DNA of 64,000 nucleotides, from assembly GCA_044868145.1 (NCBI GenBank), contig JBIOWE010000006.1, positions 14,558 through 78,557 on the forward strand, read 5' to 3'. Every line of letters begins with the position of its first letter. Within the stretch, counting starts at the first letter, position 1. This stretch comes from Patescibacteria group bacterium (GTDB taxonomy: Bacteria > Patescibacteriota > Patescibacteriia > UBA10025 > JBIOWE01). The translations under genes were made by a program, and so were the position numbers. A model generated the notes under the pieces. That model saw only the letters and a program-made list of their open reading frames with translations. It was not told where the DNA came from and ran no database searches. Shown here piece by piece: positions 39,552 to 48,995 of the stretch.

Positions 39552-40586
39552 ATGGACACCGCTTCAATTATTTTATTAGTGATCGTCGTCGTTGGCTTTG
39601 CCGTACTCATTTGGCAATCGAATCGCAAAAAGCCGGACGTGGGCAAGGATAATTCCGTGCTCCTGATGCAAAACCAATTGAACGAAATCAATCGCACGCT
39701 GGACCAGAAGCTCGGCGAATCGGTGAAACACATGCAAAACCAGTTCGGCCAGTCCGCGAAAATCATCCAGAACGTTACGGAAAAACTGACCAAGCTTGAC
39801 GAAACGAATCGCCAGGTTGTCGGATTCGCGGATCAATTGCGCAATTTGCAGGATATTTTGCAGAATCCGAAGCAGCGCGGCATCCTCGGCGAGTATTATC
39901 TGGAAACCGTGTTGAAGAACGTTCTGCCGCCGAAAAGTTTTCAAATGCAATATAAGTTCAAAGACGGAGAAGTCGTTGACGCCGTGGTATTCGTGAAAGA
40001 CCGCATTATCCCTGTTGATTCGAAGTTTTCGCTTGAGAATTACAATCGCATTCTCGCGGCGCGGGACGACGAAGAGCGGCAGAACCTGGAAAAAGTGTTT
40101 AAGCAGGATTTAAAGAACCGCATTGACGAAACCGCGAAATACGTTCGGCCAAGCGAAGGCACGATGGAATTCGCGTTCATGTTTATCCCGAGCGAGGCGA
40201 TTTACTACGATTTGCTCGTGAACCAAATCGGCGCGATTAAAGTGAATACCCAGGATTTGATTCAATACGCGTTCAAGGATAAGAAAGTGCTGATCGTGTC
40301 GCCGACCACCTTTCTTGCGTACTTGCAAACCGTGTTGCAAGGGCTTCGCGCGCTGCAAATCGAAGAGTCCGCCAAAGAAATCCAGCACGGCGTCGAATTG
40401 CTCGGCAAGCATTTATCCAGTTATCAGGTCTACTTCAATAAGGTCGGCAATTACCTCGGCAGCGCCGTTGGGGCGTACAATAAAGCAGGCGACGAGTTCC
40501 GCAAGGTGGACAAGGACGTGGTGAAAATCACGGGGCAAGGTGTTGGCTACGAGCAGCAGATGCTGGAAAAGCCGCGGGAGGAGTAG
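39552..40586 (+). CDS. rmuC: DNA recombination protein RmuC
   Basis: K.RG.LGE..LE, VDSKF, FAFMFIPSEA, SPTT. Confidence 0.93.
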   Translation: MDTASIILLVIVVVGFAVLIWQSNRKKPDVGKDNSVLLMQNQLNEINRTLDQKLGESVKHMQNQFGQSAKIIQNVTEKLTKLDETNRQVVGFADQLRNLQDILQNPKQRGILGEYYLETVLKNVLPPKSFQMQYKFKDGEVVDAVVFVKDRIIPVDSKFSLENYNRILAARDDEERQNLEKVFKQDLKNRIDETAKYVRPSEGTMEFAFMFIPSEAIYYDLLVNQIGAIKVNTQDLIQYAFKDKKVLIVSPTTFLAYLQTVLQGLRALQIEESAKEIQHGVELLGKHLSSYQVYFNKVGNYLGSAVGAYNKAGDEFRKVDKDVVKITGQGVGYEQQMLEKPREE

Positions 40587-40964
40587 CAAATCGATTCATT
40601 TGGTGGCAATGTATGAAACGAATAGTAATTATAATAGCCGCACTCCTGCTGGGTATCAGTTTAACAGTAGTCACGCGGCACGCGGAAAGCCTTTATCCAT
40701 TAGGCGAACCAGTTGAAGGCGCAAGTAATATCCAATTTATTGGCTGGCCTATAGCCACCGGCTGCAAAAACACACAGGAAGTTCAGCCGACGGAAGATGG
40801 GGGTACAATTTTTCTTTTGATCCCATGTCGTTACGTTTTGTTAGGGGGAGCAAATCTCATATTGAATGGATTATTTTTGAGCCTCGCATCGTTTGGTCTT
40901 ATTTTGTCGCTTGATGCGGTTGCTACGGCCATGATGAGACACAAGAAGCCGAGGGAGGAGTAGC
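40569..40964 (+). repeat. 19-bp direct repeat of the rmuC 3' end flanking one gene
   Basis: AAGCCGCGGGAGGAGTAGC (40569-40587) versus AAGCCGAGGGAGGAGTAGC (40946-40964). Confidence 0.8.
40613..40963 (+). CDS. Hypothetical membrane protein
   Basis: Two hydrophobic segments; ends KPREE like RmuC. Confidence 0.65.
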   Translation: MKRIVIIIAALLLGISLTVVTRHAESLYPLGEPVEGASNIQFIGWPIATGCKNTQEVQPTEDGGTIFLLIPCRYVLLGGANLILNGLFLSLASFGLILSLDAVATAMMRHKKPREE

Positions 40965-41093
40965 CAGCCGTCAGCCATTCAGCCTTGCAGCCACACAGCG
41001 CCCGAAGGCAGTTTTTTTATCCCTTTACATCTCAACAAGGAACGTGATAAAATTGTTGAAACCATTATAGAACTTTAACAAAAGGAGGATTTC

Positions 41094-41636
41094 GTGGAGT
41101 TGATCAAAAAAATCAGAACCCTTCTGGGACTGCAGGTTACTGCTCAAGCGGGCGATCTCGCAGACCCGAGCAAGTTGCCGAAAAGCACCGATGAGGTCAA
41201 GGTCGTAGAGCAAGCGGACGAACTGCGGATGTATCCGTGCGGCCATGAGGGGCCAGCCTCGTTCCAGCTCTCTCTTTATGGGGAGTTATGGAAGGAAATG
41301 CATGAAGAAAAAGAATGTCCAACATGCTGGATTCAAAGAATCAAAAAGCATGTGATTCGCTGCGCTCTCTGCGGTCTGCCCATTTTCCCGGGTGAAGGCG
41401 TCGCCGTCTATCACAAATCAAGCGAGGGGTTGCGCCTTAAGATTGCCACATACGTGGGCAAGGAAACCGTACTCGGCTGTATGCGCTGGGATTGTTGCCC
41501 TTCCGGCGGATTCTTTGGAGGCCGCTGGACCGAACAAGGGTTCAAATCTCTTTTTGAGGGAAGAACAGCGGCGGAACAGGCGTATGTAAAAGACACCATG
41601 GTTATCGGCGACGTGGAAGAGGACAAGCAGGAATAA
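41094..41636 (+). CDS. Cys-rich hypothetical protein
   Basis: PCGH, CPTC, CALC, C..WDCC; strong SD and terminator. Confidence 0.7.
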   Translation: MELIKKIRTLLGLQVTAQAGDLADPSKLPKSTDEVKVVEQADELRMYPCGHEGPASFQLSLYGELWKEMHEEKECPTCWIQRIKKHVIRCALCGLPIFPGEGVAVYHKSSEGLRLKIATYVGKETVLGCMRWDCCPSGGFFGGRWTEQGFKSLFEGRTAAEQAYVKDTMVIGDVEEDKQE

Positions 41637-41720
41637 GAATGACAACGGCTATAGCATTTGTGCATAGCCGTTTTTTCTATCCTTCAAAAACCCAGGGGAA
41701 AATGGTAGAATGGAGGTACT

Positions 41721-42077
41721 GTGAAGTCAAGCACTATCGAAGAAAAGCAATCTTCAGCCCAAGCGAGGGTAGCATCGATCCAACATCATATTAATTTTGT
41801 CGGTATCGTTTTGGTTGTATTGCTTATTTTGAGTGTTCCATTCCGCGCGTCGACCACAACGTTGTACATAGCACATTGGATTGATACTGTTATTGGCTAT
41901 ATTGTAATCGCCGCGTTCGTGTTTGGCGTTTTGCTAGGTATCAATTTACTCGCTCGGAAGAAACAGGCGGAAGCGCACATCGCGAAGAATCTTATCGTTT
42001 GGAGTATATGCATATTTATCTTCCTCGCTCTGCTGAGCACCTCGATTATCCCCTCCAACCCGAGCGGAATCCAATAA
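41721..42077 (+). CDS. Hypothetical membrane protein
   Basis: Three predicted TM segments. Confidence 0.65.
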   Translation: MKSSTIEEKQSSAQARVASIQHHINFVGIVLVVLLILSVPFRASTTTLYIAHWIDTVIGYIVIAAFVFGVLLGINLLARKKQAEAHIAKNLIVWSICIFIFLALLSTSIIPSNPSGIQ

Positions 42078-42084
42078 TAATTTC

Positions 42085-42402
42085 ATGACTTTTTTGCAAA
42101 AACATGCCGCGCTCACCTTTATGCTGCTCTACCTCGCAGTCGGTTTGGGCTATGCGGCAATCGGCGGGATGATACATCCTGATTCTGATATCGGCTGCGT
42201 CCTCTGCTTCCAGGGTATCTTCCCCTGGCTCATCATCGACCTGCTCTTCTGGCCCCTGTTTCCTTTTTTCAGTATTATGACTGGGATCATGGCTGTCGAT
42301 CCGATCCTCATGGTTGAGGGCTTCATGCAGCTTGTGATTATTGCCATCGTGTTCATTGGCTGGGGAGCTGTGGTGAAGCTTCCTAAGAAGAAAACAACAT
42401 GA
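42085..42402 (+). CDS. Hypothetical membrane protein
   Basis: Very hydrophobic 105 aa ORF. Confidence 0.6.
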   Translation: MTFLQKHAALTFMLLYLAVGLGYAAIGGMIHPDSDIGCVLCFQGIFPWLIIDLLFWPLFPFFSIMTGIMAVDPILMVEGFMQLVIIAIVFIGWGAVVKLPKKKTT

Positions 42403-42474
42403 TGCTTGATCAGCATTAGTTTTTTCGGTGGGGCATACCCTTGACATATATTATAATCGCATTATAATACACCC

Positions 42475-42714
42475 ATGACCCAAAAAGTTCTCCGCGTCGG
42501 CAGTTCCGCTGGCATCACGATTTCGAAGGAAGCGCTCAAGGCCTTAAAAGTTCGGGCTGGTGATTCGGTTGTAACCACAGTCTCCGAAAAGCTCGGCATT
42601 ATGGTCGTGAAGTCTTCAAAAAATCATACCTCCATTGACCTCGACATTATTGCCTGGACGAAAAGTTTTTTAGAGCAGTACGGGGATGATCTAAAGGCAT
42701 TGGCCAATAAGTAG
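42475..42714 (+). CDS. AbrB/MazE/SpoVT-type antitoxin-like DNA-binding protein
   Basis: KVLRVGSSAGITI.K.......GD; C-terminal Y...LKALA; promoter TTGACA/TATAAT with two ATTATAAT palindromes. Confidence 0.85.
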   Translation: MTQKVLRVGSSAGITISKEALKALKVRAGDSVVTTVSEKLGIMVVKSSKNHTSIDLDIIAWTKSFLEQYGDDLKALANK

Positions 42715-42853
42715 CCCCACTTGGCTGAAGCGGAACAGTCGACGGATGCGGCGGTAGCAAGGTTTTTTTCTTCGCTTCAAAAACCGTCGGGGAAAGCCTT
42801 GTTGGCCGATTTTCATTTGGTTGCGCGATTCTTGCGCGATCTAGAAATCCCAC

Positions 42854-42907
42854 TTGACACTACGTCATAATCTTATATAATCTTATATAGTCAGAATATA
42901 AGATTAT
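42854..42907 (+). promoter_or_regulatory. Promoter with operator-like repeats upstream of the Fic gene
   Basis: TTGACA...TATAAT; two ATAATCTTAT copies and an inverted ATAAGATTAT overlapping the ATG. Confidence 0.6.
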
Positions 42908-43970
42908 GGTATTACAAAACACCAGGTTTGACAGGCGAATTCAACGGATAGCGCCTCTCATATTATCCTCCATCGCGCAGATCGATGAATTAAAAGGGCA
43001 GTGGATTTCCGGAGCGCGGTTGAGTCCGCAAACGCTCGGCCGGCTGAAGCGGGCCGTTCTGTTGACGTCAACCGGCGCATCAACGCGCATCGAAGGCGCG
43101 AAGCTTTCTGATGAAGAAATCGAGAAGCTACTCCGTGGTCTCCGCGTGGAGAAGTTCGCCGATCGCGACAGCCAGGAAGTGAGGGGTTATTATGAACTCT
43201 TGAATAATGTTTTTGATTCATGGAAAAAGATTCGTTTTTCCGAGAGCAGCGTAAAGCATTTTCACAAGGAACTGTTGAAGCATGTGGAGAAAGATGTGCG
43301 GCATCGTGGTGAATACAAGAAAATGGAAAATAGCGTCAACATGGTTGATACGAATGGAAACGTCGTCGGCGTTATCTTTAAGACGACGCCTGCATATCTG
43401 ACTCCGAAAGAAATGCGGGAAATTATGGAATGGACCACCAAAGCGCTCACGGAAAAACACTATCACCCTTTGCTCGTCATTGCGAACTTTCTCGTGGAAT
43501 TTCTCGCGATCCATCCGTTTCTCGATGGGAACGGCCGACTTTCTCGCATCCTGACGAACCTCCTGCTCTTGCAGGCCGGGTATGCGTATGTGCCATACGT
43601 TTCGCATGAAAAACTCGTCGAGACGAATAAATCGGACTACTATCTCGCGCTTCGGCAAAGTCAGAAAACGTTCAAAACCAATCAAGAAAACATAGCGCCG
43701 TGGCTCACGTTTTTCCTCAACATCTTCTCTGTGCAATCGAAGAGAGCCGTTGATTTGTTGTCAAAAGAAAACGTGGAAAAGATTCTGTCACACAAACAGC
43801 TCGCGGTTTGGCAATATCTTCAAACAGTAGCTGAAGCGTCACCAAGGGAAATTGCCGAACACAGCCGAGTCGCGCGCCCGACCGTCAACCAAGCGCTCGA
43901 TAAGCTTCTTCGCTTGAAGAAAATCGAGCGGCTTGGGGAGGGGAGAAGTACGAGGTATCGGAAGATCTAA
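42906..43970 (+). CDS. Fic family protein with C-terminal winged HTH
   Basis: STRIEG inhibitory motif, HPFLDGNGRLSR, G.GRSTRY. Confidence 0.93.
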   Translation: MVLQNTRFDRRIQRIAPLILSSIAQIDELKGQWISGARLSPQTLGRLKRAVLLTSTGASTRIEGAKLSDEEIEKLLRGLRVEKFADRDSQEVRGYYELLNNVFDSWKKIRFSESSVKHFHKELLKHVEKDVRHRGEYKKMENSVNMVDTNGNVVGVIFKTTPAYLTPKEMREIMEWTTKALTEKHYHPLLVIANFLVEFLAIHPFLDGNGRLSRILTNLLLLQAGYAYVPYVSHEKLVETNKSDYYLALRQSQKTFKTNQENIAPWLTFFLNIFSVQSKRAVDLLSKENVEKILSHKQLAVWQYLQTVAEASPREIAEHSRVARPTVNQALDKLLRLKKIERLGEGRSTRYRKI

Positions 43971-44117
43971 TTGTATTTAATAATAAAGGTGTTTTTACCT
44001 GAACTCTTTAAGGTGTAAAGAAAAAGTTAATTTATCAACTCCCGTCTCTACAATGAGGAATTGATTTTTTGATGGAAAAGTGGGAGAATGAGTATAGATT
44101 TACAATAAGAAAACAAC

Positions 44118-45242
44118 ATGGCAGGAGAACGAAAAATCTTCTTCGTAGTAGCAACGGGTGGTCAATCAACCCAGGAGCATTATGTCGATACGATTAAGAA
44201 TAAGCGGACGATAGACGAAGCTGCTCGTTTTTTAGATCCGCAAGATGCAAAAAAGTTGAATGAAAAAATGCATGGCCAACCTTTTGCAGTGTGGGGTGCC
44301 GTGCCCGGAGAACGGAACAATCCAACATGGGAAACAATGGAGGAGGGGGACTATCTTTTAATCTATCGTGAAAGCAAAATTATTCTTGCGGCCGAGGTGG
44401 CGCTGAAAGTTCGCAATCCGCGCCTAGCGAAACACTATTGGAAAGAAGACGTCAACGGAAAAACATGGGAGCTCATGTTTTTCTTGTACAACGAGAATGA
44501 GGTCAATGTTCCAATGAAGCGGCTCAACACCTACCTTGGATATGCGGAAACGTATCACCCGCAAGGATTTATGGCCATTCAGCAAGAGAAAACCGATGCC
44601 CTCCTTTCTCAATACGGCGATCTATTGTCGTTCTTATCTCGTATAGAATCCGGCCAGAAGCCGGAAGCCATCGATGTCGACAGAAAGAAAGTCTTTAATC
44701 AAGTTGTGGATGAGAAAGTGGAGCGAGCACCAACCGAGCATGATGAAATGCAGTGGCGCTTGATTCGTCTCGGTAATAAAGCACACCTCGACGTTTGGGT
44801 GCCGCAAAATGATCAACATCGTAGCTACGATGGTCATGAGTTTCGTCAGTTTGTTATCCCTAAGTTTCAAGAAGCGATTGACGTCCCGGCTTATATTAAG
44901 AACATCGACACAGTCTGGAAACTCGGATTATCGATTAAGTCAGCTTTTGAAATAGAACATTCCACCTCGATTTATTCAGGGATCCTCCGCCTCTCGGACT
45001 TGCGCTCCTTAGCGCCGAACTCAAATTATCCTTTGTTTATTGTATCGTCGCCGGAACGAAAGTCGAAAGTTTTTGAGCAGTTACGCCGCCCGACATTTGC
45101 AAATGAGTATCTACAACTCGATCGCGCAGTGCGGTTTCTCTCATATGACGCGGTCCGTAAGCTCGACGAGGACCTAAAAGATGGGAATGTTGGGTTTGAT
45201 TTGGCATGGCTGACCGAGCGGGCGGAGGGTGTGTCAGCATAA
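44118..45242 (+). CDS. Putative restriction endonuclease: EVE/PUA-like N-terminus plus PD-(D/E)xK-like C-terminus
   Basis: WG....N...W..M..GD.L..Y N-terminal domain; H..MQ..L..LG, IDTVW, AFEIEHST. Confidence 0.65.
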   Translation: MAGERKIFFVVATGGQSTQEHYVDTIKNKRTIDEAARFLDPQDAKKLNEKMHGQPFAVWGAVPGERNNPTWETMEEGDYLLIYRESKIILAAEVALKVRNPRLAKHYWKEDVNGKTWELMFFLYNENEVNVPMKRLNTYLGYAETYHPQGFMAIQQEKTDALLSQYGDLLSFLSRIESGQKPEAIDVDRKKVFNQVVDEKVERAPTEHDEMQWRLIRLGNKAHLDVWVPQNDQHRSYDGHEFRQFVIPKFQEAIDVPAYIKNIDTVWKLGLSIKSAFEIEHSTSIYSGILRLSDLRSLAPNSNYPLFIVSSPERKSKVFEQLRRPTFANEYLQLDRAVRFLSYDAVRKLDEDLKDGNVGFDLAWLTERAEGVSA

Positions 45243-45296
45243 GTTGTTGTTCCACTGCCTGGAGCTCGAACGATTTTTTTTCAAGGCAAGTAAAAG

Positions 45297-46847
45297 ATGA
45301 CATACAAAAAAGAAATATACGAAGATTTGATTAATAGTCTTGATATTGGATCCTCAGTTGCAGAACAAGATCGGTTTCTTGAGATAGCCAAAGTTGATAC
45401 ACCCGTATTAAATGATCTAATCGCTGATAGGGTGGACTTAATCTTAGGCATGAAGGGTTCTGGTAAGACAAGCCTATTTCGGCTAGTCATTGCGGCTGCG
45501 GAGCAACTAGAAAAGTACAAAATACTAATTGCTTCCGGGGTCGAGCCGACAGGTAATGCTGTCTTTGCGCAATTCAAAGAGGAGTTCGACAAGTTTTCCG
45601 AAGAGGACTTCGATAATTTTTGGATGATATATATTATTAATCTTGTTTATAATACCTTTATTGCTAAGCCAGAATATCAGCATGAGCTTAAAAAAGTCAG
45701 TAAAGAACGCAGCGATTTTATTAATGAGTCTATTGCTATTGGAGTTCCACAGGTTTCAGGAGTTACCGATTTTAGGAGCTTGGTGAATCGAAGCCTAGAA
45801 GCACTTAGAAACCTCCCCAACGTAAAAAAAATCTCTGCAAGTATGAAGTATGACGCGAAACAGCCAGGACTATTTGAGCCGAAGATTGAAGCAGAACTTG
45901 TTCCTAAACAATCCGGAAAAAAATTACCGATCTACACTACAAAACTCGCCGTGATCCTAAACGGCATTCTGGAAAAAACAGGTTATAAGATATGGATTCT
46001 ACTTGATCGTCTCGATATCGTTTTTGAACATGGGAGCGCGCTCGAGTTTAAGGCACTTAGAGGACTTTTGAAGGCTTATGAAGGTTTTCAGGCTAGCGAT
46101 TCAGCAAATAACAAATTGAGAATAAAGATTTTTCTTCGCTATGACCTTTTTGATTTTTTTACTAGCCCGGAAACATATAAGAGAATTTATAAACACCGCG
46201 GACCACATCTTAGTGCTCTAACTCATATTACGGCACGCGCAACAAAAGATCCCCTACATTGGAATAGAGAGCAAATACAATTATTGATGCTAAAAAGATT
46301 GTTTTTATCAGCTAGTTTAAGAAGCTATTTTAATGTATCTATAAGTGATCTTGAGAAGGAAGAGGTTAGGAATCGGATTTGGGAAATACTTTTTGGAGGT
46401 CAAGTAGATGCCGGCTCAAAAAAACCAGACTCAATGTCGTGGATATATACACGCCTTAGAGATGCAACTCTGTATGTAACGCCTCGTGCGGCTATGGATT
46501 TCCTCGATGGAATGATCTCGGCTCAAAAGAAATCTTTCTTACTTAATAAAGTAGACCAAGAGCACTTTTTTTCATCTACAGCCATCAAAAATGGAATTAT
46601 TGTTTCTTCGAGTCAAAAATATCGGGATGAAACAAAAAATGAGTATCCGGGTATTGTAAAATACATTGAAAAGCTGAGAGAAAAAAAAGCCAGAATCCCT
46701 CTTGCAGATATACAAAAACTGTTGGGTGGTGATTATGAATCTGTTCTTTTGGAATTAACGAAAATAGGTCTAGCGAGTCGTTCTAATGGGGATATTGTTA
46801 TCGCGAATATTTTTCGTCCAGCTCTTAACATTCGTCCACAACTATAA
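45297..46847 (+). CDS. P-loop ATPase, probably defence-associated
   Basis: Walker A GMKGSGKT, Walker B-like ILLDRLD, FLR.D, TPR; AT-rich. Confidence 0.75.
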   Translation: MTYKKEIYEDLINSLDIGSSVAEQDRFLEIAKVDTPVLNDLIADRVDLILGMKGSGKTSLFRLVIAAAEQLEKYKILIASGVEPTGNAVFAQFKEEFDKFSEEDFDNFWMIYIINLVYNTFIAKPEYQHELKKVSKERSDFINESIAIGVPQVSGVTDFRSLVNRSLEALRNLPNVKKISASMKYDAKQPGLFEPKIEAELVPKQSGKKLPIYTTKLAVILNGILEKTGYKIWILLDRLDIVFEHGSALEFKALRGLLKAYEGFQASDSANNKLRIKIFLRYDLFDFFTSPETYKRIYKHRGPHLSALTHITARATKDPLHWNREQIQLLMLKRLFLSASLRSYFNVSISDLEKEEVRNRIWEILFGGQVDAGSKKPDSMSWIYTRLRDATLYVTPRAAMDFLDGMISAQKKSFLLNKVDQEHFFSSTAIKNGIIVSSSQKYRDETKNEYPGIVKYIEKLREKKARIPLADIQKLLGGDYESVLLELTKIGLASRSNGDIVIANIFRPALNIRPQL

Positions 46848-46988
46848 GTGTCATTTTTACAATACTGCCTACAAAAGTATCATTAACATTCGGTTTTCTT
46901 GATTGTTTAGTCAAAAGATTCGCTCACCAAGCGTGGGGACAGCACGCCTCCGAAAAGCGGCTAACAAAAAACCCTAATTTGAGAAAAT

Positions 46989-47438
46989 ATGAACGAGAAA
47001 AATTGCAAGAATTTATTTCGGCAATACCGGGAACTACGAGAAAGGACTACAATGCGAGCCCAACGCATAGACTCCACGAGAGAGGTGAAAGCTCAATACA
47101 TAGATTTTAAGGCTCAAGAAGAATTAGAGAGTGTTAGAAAACAGTTAGAGGATTGTTTATTATTTTTTTCAGAAGAACAGCTTATCCATATCTCTAAAGA
47201 CGATGATTTGCAGGAAAAAGCGTTTGAGACATTGAGTAAGAAAAGAGGGTTTGGTGACACCAAAAATTATTCGACGAACGATTTAGGGCAAAAATGTGAA
47301 GAATGTGGTGAACCGCTAAAGCCATCTCAATTCGCAAGAATTAAGAGAGATGGTCAGGCGAGTGAACAGGTCGATAACGGTTTAGTTTGTAGGAATTATC
47401 CTGCATGCCCGAAAGCTGAAAAGGAAATAGAAAAATAA
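46989..47438 (+). CDS. Hypothetical protein with C-terminal Zn ribbon
   Basis: CEECG...CRNYPAC. Confidence 0.65.
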   Translation: MNEKNCKNLFRQYRELRERTTMRAQRIDSTREVKAQYIDFKAQEELESVRKQLEDCLLFFSEEQLIHISKDDDLQEKAFETLSKKRGFGDTKNYSTNDLGQKCEECGEPLKPSQFARIKRDGQASEQVDNGLVCRNYPACPKAEKEIEK

Positions 47439-47553
47439 CCTCGTGCGCTCCAGCAAAATCAAACTTAAATCTAAAGTCTTAGCTATATCCCGGTATGAAG
47501 CAGGGCATGTAGGGGGGGCTTTGCCTTTTGGTAAATAAAGAAAACCTACAATT

Positions 47554-47799
47554 GTGTACTATCTCTACATTTTAAAATGTGCTGATGGGACACTGTATAC
47601 GGGTATTGCGGTCGATTTGGTAAGAAGAGTGCATGACCATAATCATTCAGAACTCGGGGCGAAGTATACGAAGGGGAGGCGGCCGGTCAAGCTGATTTAC
47701 TCGAAAAAGTTTCGCAATCGCTCGGCCGCTTCCAAGGTGGAAGCACGCGTCAAAAAACTGTCGCACAAGGAAAAGCTGAAGATGGTGAGGCAGAGGTGA
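47554..47799 (+). CDS. GIY-YIG nuclease (YhbQ/UPF0213-like)
   Basis: YLYILKCADGTLYTG, RR...HN, GAKYT.GRRPV.L, A...E..VKKL. Confidence 0.92.
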   Translation: MYYLYILKCADGTLYTGIAVDLVRRVHDHNHSELGAKYTKGRRPVKLIYSKKFRNRSAASKVEARVKKLSHKEKLKMVRQR

Positions 47800-47804
47800 A
47801 GCGT

Positions 47805-47874
47805 TTGACATTGTGAGAACGCAAGCGTACAATGGTAAATAGTAAGCCTTCCCCAAAAGAACGGCTTTTTTGTT
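47805..47874 (+). promoter_or_regulatory. Promoter-AAGCC-hairpin-terminator cassette A
   Basis: TTGACA-N17-TACAAT-N9-TAAGCCTTCCCCAAAAGAACGGCTTTTTT. Confidence 0.65.
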
Positions 47875-47932
47875 GAAATAAAACCTAACACCCGTGAACC
47901 CATGAAAAATCTACTTTTCCCGCAGAATGCCA

Positions 47933-48036
47933 TGTGGATAAAGACTCGCTTGACAAATCTGCTGGCGTTGCTATACTTTGGCGTAGTTAATCCCACTGTC
48001 TTCTCCCCGCCTATGGCGGGGGGACGGCAGTTTTTC
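47933..48036 (+). promoter_or_regulatory. DnaA box, promoter and leader hairpin upstream of the NYN gene
   Basis: TGTGGATAA, TTGACA...TATACT, CTGTCTTCTCCCCGCC-TAT-GGCGGGGGGACGGCAG-TTTTT. Confidence 0.6.
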
Positions 48037-48050
48037 AAACCTTCAAAAAT

Positions 48051-48611
48051 ATGAAAAGAGCATTTGTTTTTATTGATGGTAGTAATTTCTACTTCAGATT
48101 AAAAGATTTAACGTCTAAGCTTAGTGGTAGATTCAGTCTACTCGACTATCATTTTAGAGAATTTTCTGAATGGCTGGTAAGGCCCAACAAACTAGAAGAA
48201 ATTCATTATTATGTTGGCGCCATTAAGAGGAAAGCAGATAATGAAAAAGTTGAAAAGATGTACGCCGATCAACAGCGACTTATAGCTAAACTAGAGCAAC
48301 AGAATGTTTTTGTTACATTGGGGCAATTGATTAGACATCCTGACAAAACGTACCATGAGAAGGGCGTTGATGTGCGCTTAGCAGTCGAAATGATTCGATT
48401 TGCCAGAGAGAATAAATATGATTGTGGCTATCTCCTCAGTTCTGATACCGATTTAGTGCCTGCCATTGAGGAAGTTAAATCTTTTGGCAAGACCGTCCAA
48501 TACGTTGGCACGGCTAAGGGTCAGTCATTCGGGATCTCTAAGGTAGCAAACGACGTTAGATTACTCAGAGCAGAAGAGATAGAAAAGTTTTTACCCAAAT
48601 CTCTTGTATAG
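48051..48611 (+). CDS. NYN domain (PIN-like) ribonuclease
   Basis: FIDGSN, EKGVDV.LA, L.S.D.D..P. Confidence 0.9.
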   Translation: MKRAFVFIDGSNFYFRLKDLTSKLSGRFSLLDYHFREFSEWLVRPNKLEEIHYYVGAIKRKADNEKVEKMYADQQRLIAKLEQQNVFVTLGQLIRHPDKTYHEKGVDVRLAVEMIRFARENKYDCGYLLSSDTDLVPAIEEVKSFGKTVQYVGTAKGQSFGISKVANDVRLLRAEEIEKFLPKSLV

Positions 48612-48902
48612 TAAACTACCTGTGAGTTTTTCTTTTTCTCAAAAGAATTTTTGGTAAAAATGAAGAAGCCCCGCTTCGGGACGGAACCAAGGTGGCAGTT
48701 TTTATTGTGCCGTCTGACACCATCTGGCCCTGGCTTTCGTCGGGGCACGTTTTTGCTATACTGGAGCCGTGACCCCACCCCAAAACTCCTCCTGACCCTC
48801 GGCATCGTCTTCTACGCGGTCGCGACGCTACTATCCTTCGCGTCTCGCCGCCCCTCCCTCAAACTAATTGACCAAAGAGAGATTTTCACGAACATATCAT
48901 CT

Positions 48903-48995
48903 ATGCGAAAAATTATTACCACACCCCCACACCAGGGTCTGGTGTGGGGGACAACTTTCATCACCTTAGACTATACGAAAGGAAAATTACTATGA
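48903..48995 (+). pseudogene. N-terminal remnant of a DHFR/RibD-C family gene with a 27-bp palindrome insertion
   Basis: MRKIITT[PPHQGLVWG]TTFITLD versus MRNIITTTFLTLD at 49496. Confidence 0.7.

Noticed and set aside
40613-42402. Integron cassette array
   Set aside because: Small co-oriented genes, but no convincing attC sites (RYYYAAC...GTTRRRY) and no integrase.
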